Positions 37,956 through 47,177 of a stretch of DNA of 64,000 nt are shown here, one piece after another; the first letter of the stretch is position 1; each line of letters opens with the position of its first letter. Source of the stretch: a virus (Duplodnaviria; Heunggongvirae; Uroviricota; Caudoviricetes); the IMG/VR virus record IMGVR_UViG_3300025316_000590, positions 128,134-192,133 of that record; one strand, 5' to 3'. The notes beneath the pieces were generated by a model. That model was not told the origin of the DNA, did no database searches, and worked only from the letters and a program-made list of their open reading frames with translations. A program made the translations under genes and the position numbers.

Positions 37956-38174
37956 ATGAACCCTCGACGATACATGAACGGCAGCGAACGCCGGCGGACG
38001 TGGAGAGACTACCGTCGTATGATGAAGAAGCGAAAGGCCAAATTGAAGAAGGAACGGTTATGTTCTTGTGGTAGGCCCGGTCAGTGGCGTATCGACAACG
38101 GACTGGTTGCTGGTGTACACTGTGATGCATGTTGGCAGAGGCTGGTGACCGAATGTCGCCAGAGAAGCTGGTGA
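37956..38174 (+). CDS. small basic zinc-ribbon protein
   Basis: CSCG...CDAC. Confidence 0.3.
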   Translation: MNPRRYMNGSERRRTWRDYRRMMKKRKAKLKKERLCSCGRPGQWRIDNGLVAGVHCDACWQRLVTECRQRSW

Positions 38175-38380
38175 GGTATAATATGATAATCGTATGCGTC
38201 GCCGTTCTCTCGTCTGTGACCTTAGCCTTGATACTGAGTATCTATGCCCTGGTGCAGATCAAACGTCATCCTGATTGTGACTGTCGTCATGCGTGCGTGT
38301 TAGGTGCAGTAGTGCTCTGCGTGCTATCCGCCGTAATTCTGACGTCGATACGCCTGGGGCTGTACTTGGCAGGACAATAA
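38129..38380 (+). CDS. small membrane protein (likely starts at internal ATG ~38182)
   Basis: two TM segments IIVCVAVLSSVTLALIL, VLGAVVLCVLSAVIL. Confidence 0.3.
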   Translation: MLAEAGDRMSPEKLVRYNMIIVCVAVLSSVTLALILSIYALVQIKRHPDCDCRHACVLGAVVLCVLSAVILTSIRLGLYLAGQ

Positions 38381-38382
38381 AT

Positions 38383-38655
38383 ATGATCGAGAACATCTTG
38401 GAACATGGCACCGCTGGCTTCTGGTCGTTTTGCGGGACGTTCATGATATTGGCCCTGTTTGCTGGTGTTATCACCGCCGTTTGTAATACGTTACTCAAGT
38501 GCTGGAACCGCATGATGCTTTCCGTTCGCAAGCACGGATGGCCCCCGTCGCACCTGGATGCAGACGGTGACAGCGTAGAGATGACGAAGTACACCTCTGC
38601 CGCGAGGGAGATGGAGGCCAAGGCCCGCGTCGCCGAGGCGAAGTACGAAGCATGA
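38383..38655 (+). CDS. small membrane protein
   Basis: TM FWSFCGTFMILALFAGVITAV. Confidence 0.3.
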   Translation: MIENILEHGTAGFWSFCGTFMILALFAGVITAVCNTLLKCWNRMMLSVRKHGWPPSHLDADGDSVEMTKYTSAAREMEAKARVAEAKYEA

Positions 38656-38837
38656 GCCCGCGATACGATGACCTTCTGAGACAAGCATCGCAGCAGCAGG
38701 AGGGTGGGCATTACGCCGACGCCCTGGTGACCCTGCGGCTGGCGATGCGTTACACTGATGATGCTGGTGAGCGAGACGGTATCGCACGCTGGATGGAAAG
38801 CCTATCGGACAAAACCGAAGGCGAGGAAGAATCTTAA
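38652..38837 (+). CDS. hypothetical protein
   Basis: 61 aa ORF, ATGA overlap. Confidence 0.25.
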   Translation: MSPRYDDLLRQASQQQEGGHYADALVTLRLAMRYTDDAGERDGIARWMESLSDKTEGEEES

Positions 38838-38853
38838 CACAAGGAGACACGTC

Positions 38854-39480
38854 ATGTTTACCTCGATCTTTGTCCTCGGCAGCCTAGCATTCTACTTGCT
38901 GCTGGTGGTGGCAACCGCCATGTTCTTTTTCTGTGCCGAGAACGATGATGCTCCCGGCTGGACCGTATTCGGTGTGGTCGCATTCCTGTTGGCCTGGCTG
39001 TTATTCGGCAATCTGTGGCCGCTGATGCTGGAGCATCCCTGGCACTTTGTGCTTTATCCGATTGCCTGGGTGGTTCTTGGAATGCTCTGGAGCTTTCCCC
39101 GATGGATCATATTCCTGAAGCGGGTGCTGAAGGAATATAACGCTGCACACGCTGCGTATCTGAACGGCGTGTCACGTAACTACGTCAACGATCACTACGT
39201 TGATAACCCCAACACCGAGGACGGTTGGGTCAAGAACGGATCCTATCGGTTCATTAATAACTACGGCATGAAGTGGTCGGAGGACAAGCCACCGCACATT
39301 CAGCCGCCGTCGTTCGCTCCGAACCGCAAGAGGCTCGTGGCCTGGGTGACCCTGTGGCCCTGGAGCTTCGTGTGGACGTTTGCCAGCGAGGTGGTGATGA
39401 AGGGCATTCGACACGTCGTTAATATGTTCGGCGGAACGTACCAGAGGCTGTCGGCGTGGGTATTTTCTGGCGTGAAGTAA
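38854..39480 (+). CDS. polytopic inner-membrane protein
   Basis: RBS AAGGAGACACGTCATG; 4 predicted TM helices. Confidence 0.45.
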   Translation: MFTSIFVLGSLAFYLLLVVATAMFFFCAENDDAPGWTVFGVVAFLLAWLLFGNLWPLMLEHPWHFVLYPIAWVVLGMLWSFPRWIIFLKRVLKEYNAAHAAYLNGVSRNYVNDHYVDNPNTEDGWVKNGSYRFINNYGMKWSEDKPPHIQPPSFAPNRKRLVAWVTLWPWSFVWTFASEVVMKGIRHVVNMFGGTYQRLSAWVFSGVK

Positions 39481-40038
39481 ATGCCGAGTCACTATATAAT
39501 ATGCCCGCAACGGAACGGTGACATAACCGAAGCCCGTATGCTAGTGCAGAACTACGGTTTGGTGGTTGGTGAATACGACGTATTCATGCCAACAGCCAAT
39601 TATGTAGGTGACTGCGTGTATCTGAGCGTGTTGCCATCGAGTGAAGCCTACCAGAAGATGCGGGAGTGGATCGACCGCCGGCGGCACACGAACAGGCCAG
39701 AGTCGGCAATCGCCGCAGCCTGCCCGTCGAACCAGCGTGCCTGGGTGCTGTACTATCCGCCCGGCAGATCTTATCAGGGTGGCAGGGAAGTCGAAAACTG
39801 TGAATTATCGGTTCAAATACTACAGGCCCTGGAAAGCTGCGACCGCTGGCCGGTGGGTGTAGCCCTTCCTGCCTCCGAGCCTGGTGAAATAGGATGGCGG
39901 CTGGAGAGCGTAGGTCCGCCTGTGATTCCGCAGTGGATCGAAACCAACGGTGGCCAGTTATGGACGCCAGCGATGGAAGACGCACCCAGGCCGGTGCGGC
40001 GACGTATTCAAACATTACCCGATAGTGGTGAAATCTAA
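39481..40038 (+). CDS. hypothetical protein, paralog of 42455..43438; C-terminus RRRIQTLPDSGEI
   Basis: shared YGL..GEY and (W)VL(Y/T)YPPG(R/E)S.QG.R.V.N motifs with 42455 protein. Confidence 0.45.
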   Translation: MPSHYIICPQRNGDITEARMLVQNYGLVVGEYDVFMPTANYVGDCVYLSVLPSSEAYQKMREWIDRRRHTNRPESAIAAACPSNQRAWVLYYPPGRSYQGGREVENCELSVQILQALESCDRWPVGVALPASEPGEIGWRLESVGPPVIPQWIETNGGQLWTPAMEDAPRPVRRRIQTLPDSGEI

Positions 40039-40051
40039 GGAGAAATTAAGC

Positions 40052-41062
40052 GTGAGCGACGTGATTGTGGTTACAGGGTCCGGTGGGTTCATCGGCGGAT
40101 CATTAGTGCGACGACTTAACGAGAAAGGTCATGTTCACATCAGGGCTGTGGATAAGAAGCCACTGCCCGACTGGTATCAGGTCAGCGACGGCGTCGAGAA
40201 CCTGAGTCTTGATGTGAGCATCGAGGAGAACTGCCATCGCGTATGTGAGGGCGCGACCGCAGTCTACAACCTGGCAGCCGATATGGGTGGCATGGGCTTC
40301 ATCGAGAGGTTCCGTATCCAGTGCCTGCGAAGCGTGTTGATTAATACTCACATGATCGAAGCCGCCTGGCGTGCTGGTTGCCAGAAGTATTTCTACTCAT
40401 CGTCAGCCTGTGCCTACAACATCAACTTGCAGAAGACTGCCGAGTGCCTGGCACTGAAGGAGACTGATGCCTACCCCGCGATGGCGGAGCGTGGTTACGG
40501 CTGGGAGAAGCTCCTCTCGGAGATGTTCTGTCAGGAGTATTGGGCCGAACGCGGCATGAAGACCTTCATCGCCCGCTTCCACAACGTCTACGGCCCGCAC
40601 GGCACGTGGGACGGTGGCCGTGAGAAGGCACCAGCAGCTATCTGCCGCAAGGTGATCGAGGCCAGGGAAACCGGCAAGCACGAGATCACGATATGGGGCG
40701 ACGGCACGCAGAATCGCAGCTACATGTGGATCGAGGACTGTCTGGACGGCATCGACCGTATTACGCAATGCAGTGATCTTATCGCGACGCCCATCAACCT
40801 CGGATCCAATGAGTCGATCTCTGTCAATGACTTGGTGGATATCGCCGAGGAAATCGGAGGCGTGAAGCTGAAGCGACTGTACGATCTCAGTGCCCCCAAG
40901 GGTGTGGCTGGTCGCAACAGCGACAACACGATGATTCAGCACTACCTGGGCTGGCAGCCACGGACATCGTTCCGCGTCGGCCTGGCACGAACATTTGCTT
41001 GGATAGAAGCTCAGTATCACGACCGCAAGGCCGGCAAACGCACGGTGCATGACACGATATGA
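40052..41062 (+). CDS. NAD-dependent sugar epimerase/dehydratase (extended SDR; GDP/UDP-sugar 4-epimerase or 4,6-dehydratase-like), GTG start
   Basis: Rossmann VTGSGGFIGGSLV, catalytic Y..xK-like YSSSACAYN; RBS AAGGAG. Confidence 0.6.
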   Translation: MSDVIVVTGSGGFIGGSLVRRLNEKGHVHIRAVDKKPLPDWYQVSDGVENLSLDVSIEENCHRVCEGATAVYNLAADMGGMGFIERFRIQCLRSVLINTHMIEAAWRAGCQKYFYSSSACAYNINLQKTAECLALKETDAYPAMAERGYGWEKLLSEMFCQEYWAERGMKTFIARFHNVYGPHGTWDGGREKAPAAICRKVIEARETGKHEITIWGDGTQNRSYMWIEDCLDGIDRITQCSDLIATPINLGSNESISVNDLVDIAEEIGGVKLKRLYDLSAPKGVAGRNSDNTMIQHYLGWQPRTSFRVGLARTFAWIEAQYHDRKAGKRTVHDTI

Positions 41063-41241
41063 CCCGCCGGCAGCTACAAATCCTGCGGGATACGGCCAAG
41101 TACGGCTGGGACATGGCCTATATCTGGGACAGTGTCTACGGACTGCGATTCAGGCAGATGATACGGGTGTCTCGATTTGAGTCGCGGTGTCTGGATGAGT
41201 TGCTGCAACGCCGAACCGTGGATATGTGTTGTACTGTTTGA
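41059..41241 (+). CDS. small hypothetical protein
   Basis: 60 aa ORF, ATGA overlap. Confidence 0.25.
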   Translation: MTRRQLQILRDTAKYGWDMAYIWDSVYGLRFRQMIRVSRFESRCLDELLQRRTVDMCCTV

Positions 41242-41274
41242 TATGATAAGCTATACTGAGTTGTTAACTCGACG

Positions 41275-41361
41275 GTAGCCGCGAACTCCCGTACACGCCA
41301 AACGCCCCACCAGCGATCTAACTTCGCGGCTACTTCTGCTGGTGGGGCGGGCGGCGTTTGG
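41275..41361 (+). promoter_or_regulatory. two interleaved inverted repeats (A-B-A'-B' pseudoknot-like topology) upstream of HNH gene
   Basis: A gtagccgcgaa / A' ttcgcggctac; B ccaaacgccccaccagc / B' gctggtggggcgggcggcgtttgg. Confidence 0.4.
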
Positions 41362-41370
41362 AGAACAGTC

Positions 41371-41808
41371 GTGGTTGAACGACAGAAAATAGCAACGAAG
41401 CGATGTGCTAAATGTGGGTACACTAAACCGATTACGGGCAACTTCTGTATGTCACGCGGTCGGCCCGTATCCACGTGTCTATCATGCCGAAGAGAGGCTG
41501 CGAGGATTTATGTAAGAACGAGCTATGCACGGGAATCATGTCGTATACGTTATCGGAAGCGTAGCGAGAACATGAAGTTACGTCTACTTGCTGTGCTCGG
41601 TGTTGATAGATGCTCGTGTGGGGAAACGCATATTGCGTGTTTAGATTTTCATCATGTTACTGGCGAGAAAGTTGATAGCGTTAGGCACATGATAAATACT
41701 AGTGTTCCCATTGATCTAATCATAGCCGAGGTTCGGAAGTGCATAGTGCTTTGTTCAAACTGTCATCGCAAAGTACATTACCGTGATAGAAGTGCAGTGT
41801 CTGGTTAA
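41371..41808 (+). CDS. HNH endonuclease
   Basis: CAKCGY...C.SC...HIACLDFHHV...CSNCHRKVH; AT-richer than surroundings. Confidence 0.65.
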   Translation: MVERQKIATKRCAKCGYTKPITGNFCMSRGRPVSTCLSCRREAARIYVRTSYARESCRIRYRKRSENMKLRLLAVLGVDRCSCGETHIACLDFHHVTGEKVDSVRHMINTSVPIDLIIAEVRKCIVLCSNCHRKVHYRDRSAVSG

Positions 41809-41852
41809 ACGGTGGGTGCGGCGACGATACTGCAGCATCACGATTACCGAAC

Positions 41853-42299
41853 GTGGCCGCCGTGTGCTGGCCCAAAAGGAGAAACGCCGTGGAACCGCCC
41901 ATCGACAATGCCGATCCGGTAGATGAAGCTAACGAACTTCTCTTGCAAGCCCTGGCCGAGATCGCCCGCAAGGGGCCGTTGTACGGGGCACACTGCTCCG
42001 AGATGGCTCAGGCCGCCCGTAACCGCATCGAGGAACTGGAAGGGCTCCTGGCGGGCGTGACCTTGCGGTACGGCGGCATACCCTTGGTCGAGGCTCTGGA
42101 GGAGATCAAGGATGAGAACTTTCAGCTTCGTGCCATTCTCAATCGTCGCCGCGACAAAAGCCTGGAAGATCTGCGAGCCATTCAGCGTCTCCAGAACCGG
42201 GCGGTGAAGGTCGACCCCACGACCGTGCCGGTTGAGCTGTACCGGCAGGCCCAGGCCCGTATCCACGAATTGGAACGACAGATTGCGGTGAAGCCGTGA
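41853..42299 (+). CDS. hypothetical coiled-coil protein
   Basis: 148 aa ORF (true start may be internal GTG/ATG). Confidence 0.3.
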   Translation: MAAVCWPKRRNAVEPPIDNADPVDEANELLLQALAEIARKGPLYGAHCSEMAQAARNRIEELEGLLAGVTLRYGGIPLVEALEEIKDENFQLRAILNRRRDKSLEDLRAIQRLQNRAVKVDPTTVPVELYRQAQARIHELERQIAVKP

Positions 42300-42454
42300 A
42301 GAGACTCTTACGATGGCTGTTCGGCCCGTGTCCAGAAGAGTGTCGCGGCTGTCGATGCTCGTACTGGCAAGGACACAACGGAAATCATCGAGGTGGCGGA
42401 CTAACCTGGGTGCGGGGCAGTGATCTTTCGCGTCGAAGGTAGGAGCTTAGCGTC

Positions 42455-43438
42455 ATGCCACAGCAGAACCCAAACAATCCTGAACCGATGAACGGGCCGC
42501 GGTACGCAGTGCATCCCGGCTACGTCACCAGCATGTCTGACGGCGACCGCCATTTCATCGACGCCATGCACCTTGTGTCCCTCTACGGCCTGCGAACCGG
42601 AGAATACATCGTTATTCAGGAAGGGCTGCCGTTTGGTCAGCAGATTAGTGATACTGACAGTATTATTCATCTCTACCCGCAGCGGAACCGTGAGGACTAC
42701 GGTCATGCGGCCAACATCATCGAAGCCCGTCGACGTGGATCCCGACTGGATATTCCGCCTATGTATGGAGCCCGGCCACCCGAGCGGCGACAGCATCGCT
42801 TGGGGCCAACACCGCCACCACCGACGCCCGAGGCCATAGCCGCTGTTACCACCGACGCCGCACGGCGGGCTAATGAGTCGCTGGGAATACCGGGCAGCTT
42901 GCTGACGCAGGACAGTAACTATTCGAGCGCACACGCTGACGCGATGTCATTCAGCAACCTTTTCGGTCGTGGTGACGTACCGCGAGCGGAGTTTATACGC
43001 CGACTGGAAGCAGCAGTTGAGCAGCAACATCAGCCCTATATTACAGAAGCCGATCTGCGACGACTGCGATCCCACAGCCAGGTGACGCCCGCCGAGCCGA
43101 ACGTCCAGCGGCTTCCCGTGGGCTACACGCTGCCGCGAACGTTCGTTAATGCTGAACAACGTATTATTGCCCACGTCGAGGCAAATACCGACCGCGTGAT
43201 ATGGGTGCTGACATACCCGCCCGGTGAGTCTCGCCAGGGCAGCCGAGTTGTCAGCAACAGCCAACTGGCTATCACGATACTTGCCGGCCTGATGGACAGA
43301 GAAACCGAGCATGGCATCGTCCTGCCGGTCGGCTGGACGTTGAACCGTCTTGGTCCGGAACCAGTCAAACGAAGAAAGATTACACGCGGCAAGCGAACCG
43401 TCGTGCGACGAAGGATTCAGTCCACGGGAGAACTGTAA
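42455..43438 (+). CDS. hypothetical protein, paralog of 39481..40038; C-terminus KRRKITRGKRTVVRRRIQSTGEL
   Basis: RBS GTAGGAGCTTAGCGTCATG; shared YGLRTGEY and VLTYPPGESRQGSRVVSN motifs. Confidence 0.45.
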   Translation: MPQQNPNNPEPMNGPRYAVHPGYVTSMSDGDRHFIDAMHLVSLYGLRTGEYIVIQEGLPFGQQISDTDSIIHLYPQRNREDYGHAANIIEARRRGSRLDIPPMYGARPPERRQHRLGPTPPPPTPEAIAAVTTDAARRANESLGIPGSLLTQDSNYSSAHADAMSFSNLFGRGDVPRAEFIRRLEAAVEQQHQPYITEADLRRLRSHSQVTPAEPNVQRLPVGYTLPRTFVNAEQRIIAHVEANTDRVIWVLTYPPGESRQGSRVVSNSQLAITILAGLMDRETEHGIVLPVGWTLNRLGPEPVKRRKITRGKRTVVRRRIQSTGEL

Positions 43439-43635
43439 TGCGTGAGATCATGTGCGTGATGATAGGTGGTGGCCTGGGTCTACTGCTGGTGGTGTTTATA
43501 GACGTAACGTATCATCGTATGGTATGGTGGCGGGACGCCCGTCGAGCCACCAGGGCCAAAGAACGACGCAAGGCCGATCCAGTTTCGACCGACCGCCGGC
43601 GTCTAGTGCGGGACAAACGTGAAACCAGGAGATAA
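43438..43635 (+). CDS. small membrane protein
   Basis: TM VMIGGGLGLLLVVFI; ATGC overlap. Confidence 0.3.
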   Translation: MREIMCVMIGGGLGLLLVVFIDVTYHRMVWWRDARRATRAKERRKADPVSTDRRRLVRDKRETRR

Positions 43636-43678
43636 GGTACGGCTGAACGACCACTGCTTCAACTTAGTACGGTGACCA

Positions 43679-44095
43679 ATGGACAAAGAACGCTTACGCG
43701 ACATCATCAATAATGGAGGAACGATTATTGTGAATACTTCCGACAGCAGCATACCGCCCGCCAACCTGGAAGATGCCATGCAGGTGGTGAAGGACGAGAC
43801 TGGCAAAGACGCCGTTATGGTACAGATAGCAGGCCCGCCCAAGACCGGCATGCCCGTAAAACGACGCCCGATGTCCTTCTCGCCGCTACTGGCTATGGCC
43901 GCCGCAGGTATGCCACTGTCGGGCCTGCGTGTGCGACGTGGGAAGCCGCAACGCCTCCAGTGCCATTACTGCACCCGCCTGCAACGCAAGGACGACCACG
44001 AGGCCAAGGGCTGGCAGACCGAAGACCCGGTGCTGTGTCCCGCGTGCCTCAAGAACAACGTGCCGGGCAGCCGAATCAAACCAGTGTGCGAGTAG
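43679..44095 (+). CDS. hypothetical protein with C-terminal CxxC...CxxC zinc ribbon
   Basis: CHYC...CPAC. Confidence 0.35.
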   Translation: MDKERLRDIINNGGTIIVNTSDSSIPPANLEDAMQVVKDETGKDAVMVQIAGPPKTGMPVKRRPMSFSPLLAMAAAGMPLSGLRVRRGKPQRLQCHYCTRLQRKDDHEAKGWQTEDPVLCPACLKNNVPGSRIKPVCE

Positions 44096-44125
44096 ATTAC
44101 AAACCCTAGAGTCAAGGATGATATC

Positions 44126-44263
44126 ATGCGGATCGTAGCTATTCTGGTTCTGTTAGTATGTGCGGGTTGTGCAGGATCGAAGGTGGTGACGCGGTACGCG
44201 ATCACCGACACTCATCAGGACGGCCACCCCGATATCGTAGCGACCACCGTCGCAGTTGAGGTG
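44126..44263 (+). CDS. small lipoprotein (45 aa; lipobox LVCAGC)
   Basis: MRIVAILVLLVCAGCAGSK; not in ORF track because <60 aa. Confidence 0.4.
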
Positions 44264-44352
44264 GCTCGCTAAATCATCCAGGCGTCATACGAACCCGACG
44301 TGTCTGGATGCTCAATGACGTTTTACCCTATTTCTAGACCCGGAGGTGATTT

Positions 44353-45780
44353 ATGTTTGCAAAAGTGTTTCTGATAGGATTCATGTTCGTGGCTGCATTG
44401 GTGGCTCACAGCTACTGGCACTACGCTGTCGTTCCGGAGGTGAACGACCAAATGGCTTACAACCAGCTTGATCACAGTCGCTCCCGGCATGAGCAGCAGA
44501 ACATGCGATTCTGGCAAGTCGCCAAGCAGTACCCAGGCACGATCATCTGGACTTCGTTCTCCCTGCTGACCTTGCTGACCTTCATGCCCGAACTGAAGCG
44601 CGCCACGAAGGCGGGCAAAACCTTTGCGACCAGTATGTCACCAGCGTTGTTGCTGCTATTGCTTGTCGGTGGGTGTCAGTCGCCCTACGATACTCCGGTC
44701 TTCGTCGATGTCGGTAATTCCGAGACGGCATTCATGGTGAAGAAGGAGGACAACAGCAAGCAAACGGCGACGAAGACCACGCAGATGTTCATTCAGCAGA
44801 CTGCCGAGGGCAAACCCTGGGTGCAGTCGAAGCGCATCCTTATTCCGTACCGCTGGCAGGACATGGGTCATGGTTGGAACAACGGCAAGTTTATCCCCGA
44901 CGCTCAGGTTTTCATTGTAGATCGCGTTCCATGTACGCGAGAGTGGACCGCAGCCCCGCACACAGGAACGTCGTTCAGGGACCAGGCCATTGACGTCGAG
45001 TCCAGTGATTCGGTGAACTTCTCCTGCGGCATCTCCATCGTTGCCCGTATTCTGACTGAGGAAGACGCGGTTAAGTTCTTCTTCAACTATCCGGCGAACA
45101 AGGATAGGGTCATCAAGGCGGGCGGCGGATACAAGGATGACTACGTCGTTAAGACCGTAGGGCTTGAAGACGTCATGGATACCGAGGTGCGAGCCGTTCT
45201 CCAGCGGGTTTTCTCCGACGAGGCGGCCAAGTACACGATGGATGAAGGTCGCAATAGGAAGACCGAGTTCCTGAAGGCGATGCGAGACGAGGCTCAGAAG
45301 TACTTCGTCGAGCGAGGAATTACCATCACAAGCATTGGTATGAAGGGTGGTTTGACCTACGCAAATCCTAACATCCAGACATCCATTGACAAGGTCTTCC
45401 AGCAGCAGCAGGACAAGAACGTCGCCAAGGCCGAACAGGAAGCCGCCACGGAGCGTAAGAAGGCTTTGCAGGCCGTGGGCGAGGGCGAGGCAGCCAAGGT
45501 GCTGGCCATCAAGCAGGGCGAAGCCAAGGGCATCCAGGCTGTCGCCGACGCCAAGGCGTATGAGCTACAGAAACTTCAGGAGAACCCGCAGGCGTACCTG
45601 ATGCTGAAGCAGCTTGAAATCCAGAGCCGCATGCTGGAGACCTGGGATGGCCGCATGCCGGTGTACCTAATGAACGGCAGCAGCGGTGCAGGGCCAACCA
45701 TGCTATTGTCGATGCCCACAGCGGACGTGCCGCCCGCGAAGGCCAAGGCTGCGGTCAAGACCGCCGAGGCCGTGAAGTAA
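44353..45780 (+). CDS. membrane protein with SPFH/band-7 (stomatin/prohibitin/HflK-like) domain and C-terminal coiled coil
   Basis: N-terminal TM helices, internal lipobox-like LLLLLVGGC, band-7-like FIVDRVP...TRE...SF.D core, AKAEQEAA coiled coil; ATG 46 nt after GTGTCTGG motif. Confidence 0.5.
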   Translation: MFAKVFLIGFMFVAALVAHSYWHYAVVPEVNDQMAYNQLDHSRSRHEQQNMRFWQVAKQYPGTIIWTSFSLLTLLTFMPELKRATKAGKTFATSMSPALLLLLLVGGCQSPYDTPVFVDVGNSETAFMVKKEDNSKQTATKTTQMFIQQTAEGKPWVQSKRILIPYRWQDMGHGWNNGKFIPDAQVFIVDRVPCTREWTAAPHTGTSFRDQAIDVESSDSVNFSCGISIVARILTEEDAVKFFFNYPANKDRVIKAGGGYKDDYVVKTVGLEDVMDTEVRAVLQRVFSDEAAKYTMDEGRNRKTEFLKAMRDEAQKYFVERGITITSIGMKGGLTYANPNIQTSIDKVFQQQQDKNVAKAEQEAATERKKALQAVGEGEAAKVLAIKQGEAKGIQAVADAKAYELQKLQENPQAYLMLKQLEIQSRMLETWDGRMPVYLMNGSSGAGPTMLLSMPTADVPPAKAKAAVKTAEAVK

Positions 45781-45810
45781 ACAAGCCGCGAATTGTATTC
45801 GCAGCATTGT

Positions 45811-45845
45811 CAGGGGAGTAGTATCTCACGTTCTACTCCCTGCCC
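45811..45845 (+). terminator. hairpin (GGGAGTAG-11nt-CTACTCCC) after SPFH gene, immediately followed by GTGTCTGG motif
   Basis: 8-bp perfect stem; no strong U-run, so factor-independent termination uncertain. Confidence 0.3.
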
Positions 45846-45856
45846 TCATTTAGCAT

Positions 45857-45864
45857 GTGTCTGG
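45857..45864 (+). promoter_or_regulatory. GTGTCTGG motif instance after hairpin
   Basis: about 23 nt before ATG 45887. Confidence 0.35.
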
Positions 45865-45886
45865 TACAGCATAAGGAGAACAAACC

Positions 45887-46600
45887 ATGAGCGATAGTAG
45901 CGTAGGACCGGCCCACGACCTTTCCAAGATACTGAAGGAGGTGCGGGACGTTCTGATACCCGAGCCTGACGACAGCATCGTCGACATCGTGGACGCCGCC
46001 AAAGCGGTGATGTCTCGTTTGAAGAACGCCGAACGCCTGAAAGATCATCACAGCTTCGAGTCCAACCTGCGTGGCATGGAACTCGACAAGGCGAACGAGC
46101 AGTTGGCCGCGGCCAAGCACTGTAGCGTCGAGGCCATGTACCGGGCGAAGGCGATCATGGAGCATCACCTCAACCCGAAGGACGTCCCGCCCGGCACGGG
46201 CGTGAAGGAACTGGCCGAGATGCTGGTGGCGAAGAACATCGCGTGCTGCAACATCGTCGTCAAGGCTACCGGCGTTAAGGGCGAAGGTTACCCGGATTTG
46301 CGGGATATCATCCATGCCCTGGTGTGGGGCTGCGACACAGACAAGCCCGAAGCCTTGCAACTGGTGAAGCTCATCGGCCTGCACGAGAAAACCATCACCG
46401 ACCTGAAGAAGAAGGTGGCTGAACTGGAAGAGGTGGCCGAGGGTAGCCGCAAGAAGATCACGAAGTGGGCCAACGCCTGGCTGGAGGAGCTTCTGGACCG
46501 CTGCGATGCCGACGATGAGTTCTTCGCCGAGGTGCAGGGTGGCCTCCAGCATGTCTACACCAAGCTCATGAGCAAACGGAGAATGACAACGATGCCGTAA
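45887..46600 (+). CDS. hypothetical protein
   Basis: RBS AAGGAGAACAAACCATG 33 nt after GTGTCTGG motif. Confidence 0.4.
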   Translation: MSDSSVGPAHDLSKILKEVRDVLIPEPDDSIVDIVDAAKAVMSRLKNAERLKDHHSFESNLRGMELDKANEQLAAAKHCSVEAMYRAKAIMEHHLNPKDVPPGTGVKELAEMLVAKNIACCNIVVKATGVKGEGYPDLRDIIHALVWGCDTDKPEALQLVKLIGLHEKTITDLKKKVAELEEVAEGSRKKITKWANAWLEELLDRCDADDEFFAEVQGGLQHVYTKLMSKRRMTTMP

Positions 46601-46653
46601 GCCTTGCACGGCTTGCGGATGACTGTTAACCTGAACGTAGGAGGTTAACAAAC

Positions 46654-46890
46654 ATGAGCACGCTATCGATCATACTAGCGAGCATCTGTTGCACGGCGGT
46701 CGTTCTGTCCGTGGGATACGATGCTTTGGCGTTTTACTTTGGGTGGTCAACGATTAGTTGGGCACTCTATCAATGGGATAAATCTTGGGCACAATTGCCT
46801 CGGTGGATCGCTGCTGCCATTTGGATGCACGTGTGCTACGGCGAAGCATCATATACCGCGGTTAGCCGCTATTTCGGACACATGCCATGA
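46654..46890 (+). CDS. small membrane protein
   Basis: RBS GGAGGTTAACAAACATG; TM helices. Confidence 0.35.
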   Translation: MSTLSIILASICCTAVVLSVGYDALAFYFGWSTISWALYQWDKSWAQLPRWIAAAIWMHVCYGEASYTAVSRYFGHMP

Positions 46891-47018
46891 ACAGCCCAGC
46901 AGAAGTCGCAGCCGAGCTTGTAGCCATCCTCAACGATGAGGTGAAGGGTATGGACGACCTTGGTCGGCGTATTGTGGCCAATAGGCTCGCCGAGGTCATC
47001 CAGCCCTTCCTGATGTAA
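46887..47018 (+). pseudogene. 43-aa remnant duplicating the N-terminus of the 47813..48178 protein (GC-rich native copy)
   Basis: MNSPAEVAAELVAILNDEVKGMDDLGRRIVANRLAEVIQPFLM vs MSPGEVASELAALVISEVSDMNDLGRRIVANRLGELISPWL. Confidence 0.5.
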
Positions 47019-47177
47019 ACTCTTCGCAGGACTGGCACGACGGCTACGTTCAGGGCCAGCTTGACTACGCCGAGGCGTTCCTGCGGGCGACCGCGGCGAT
47101 GCGGGAGAAGGCGGCGAAAGCGAAGGTGAAGCCGTGAGTTGCTATCGGCTGTGGTTTAATGTACCATGAGTCTAGTC

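Noticed and set aside
41275-41361. Possible tRNA gene in the structured intergenic region
   Set aside because: The stems are interleaved (pseudoknot topology) and far too long and GC-rich for a cloverleaf. No anticodon-loop or T-loop consensus (GTTCRANYC) is visible. No tRNA was found by eye anywhere in the window.
45833-46651. 272-aa minus-strand ORF
   Set aside because: It is antisense to 45887..46600, which is preceded by the GTGTCTGG motif and a strong RBS.
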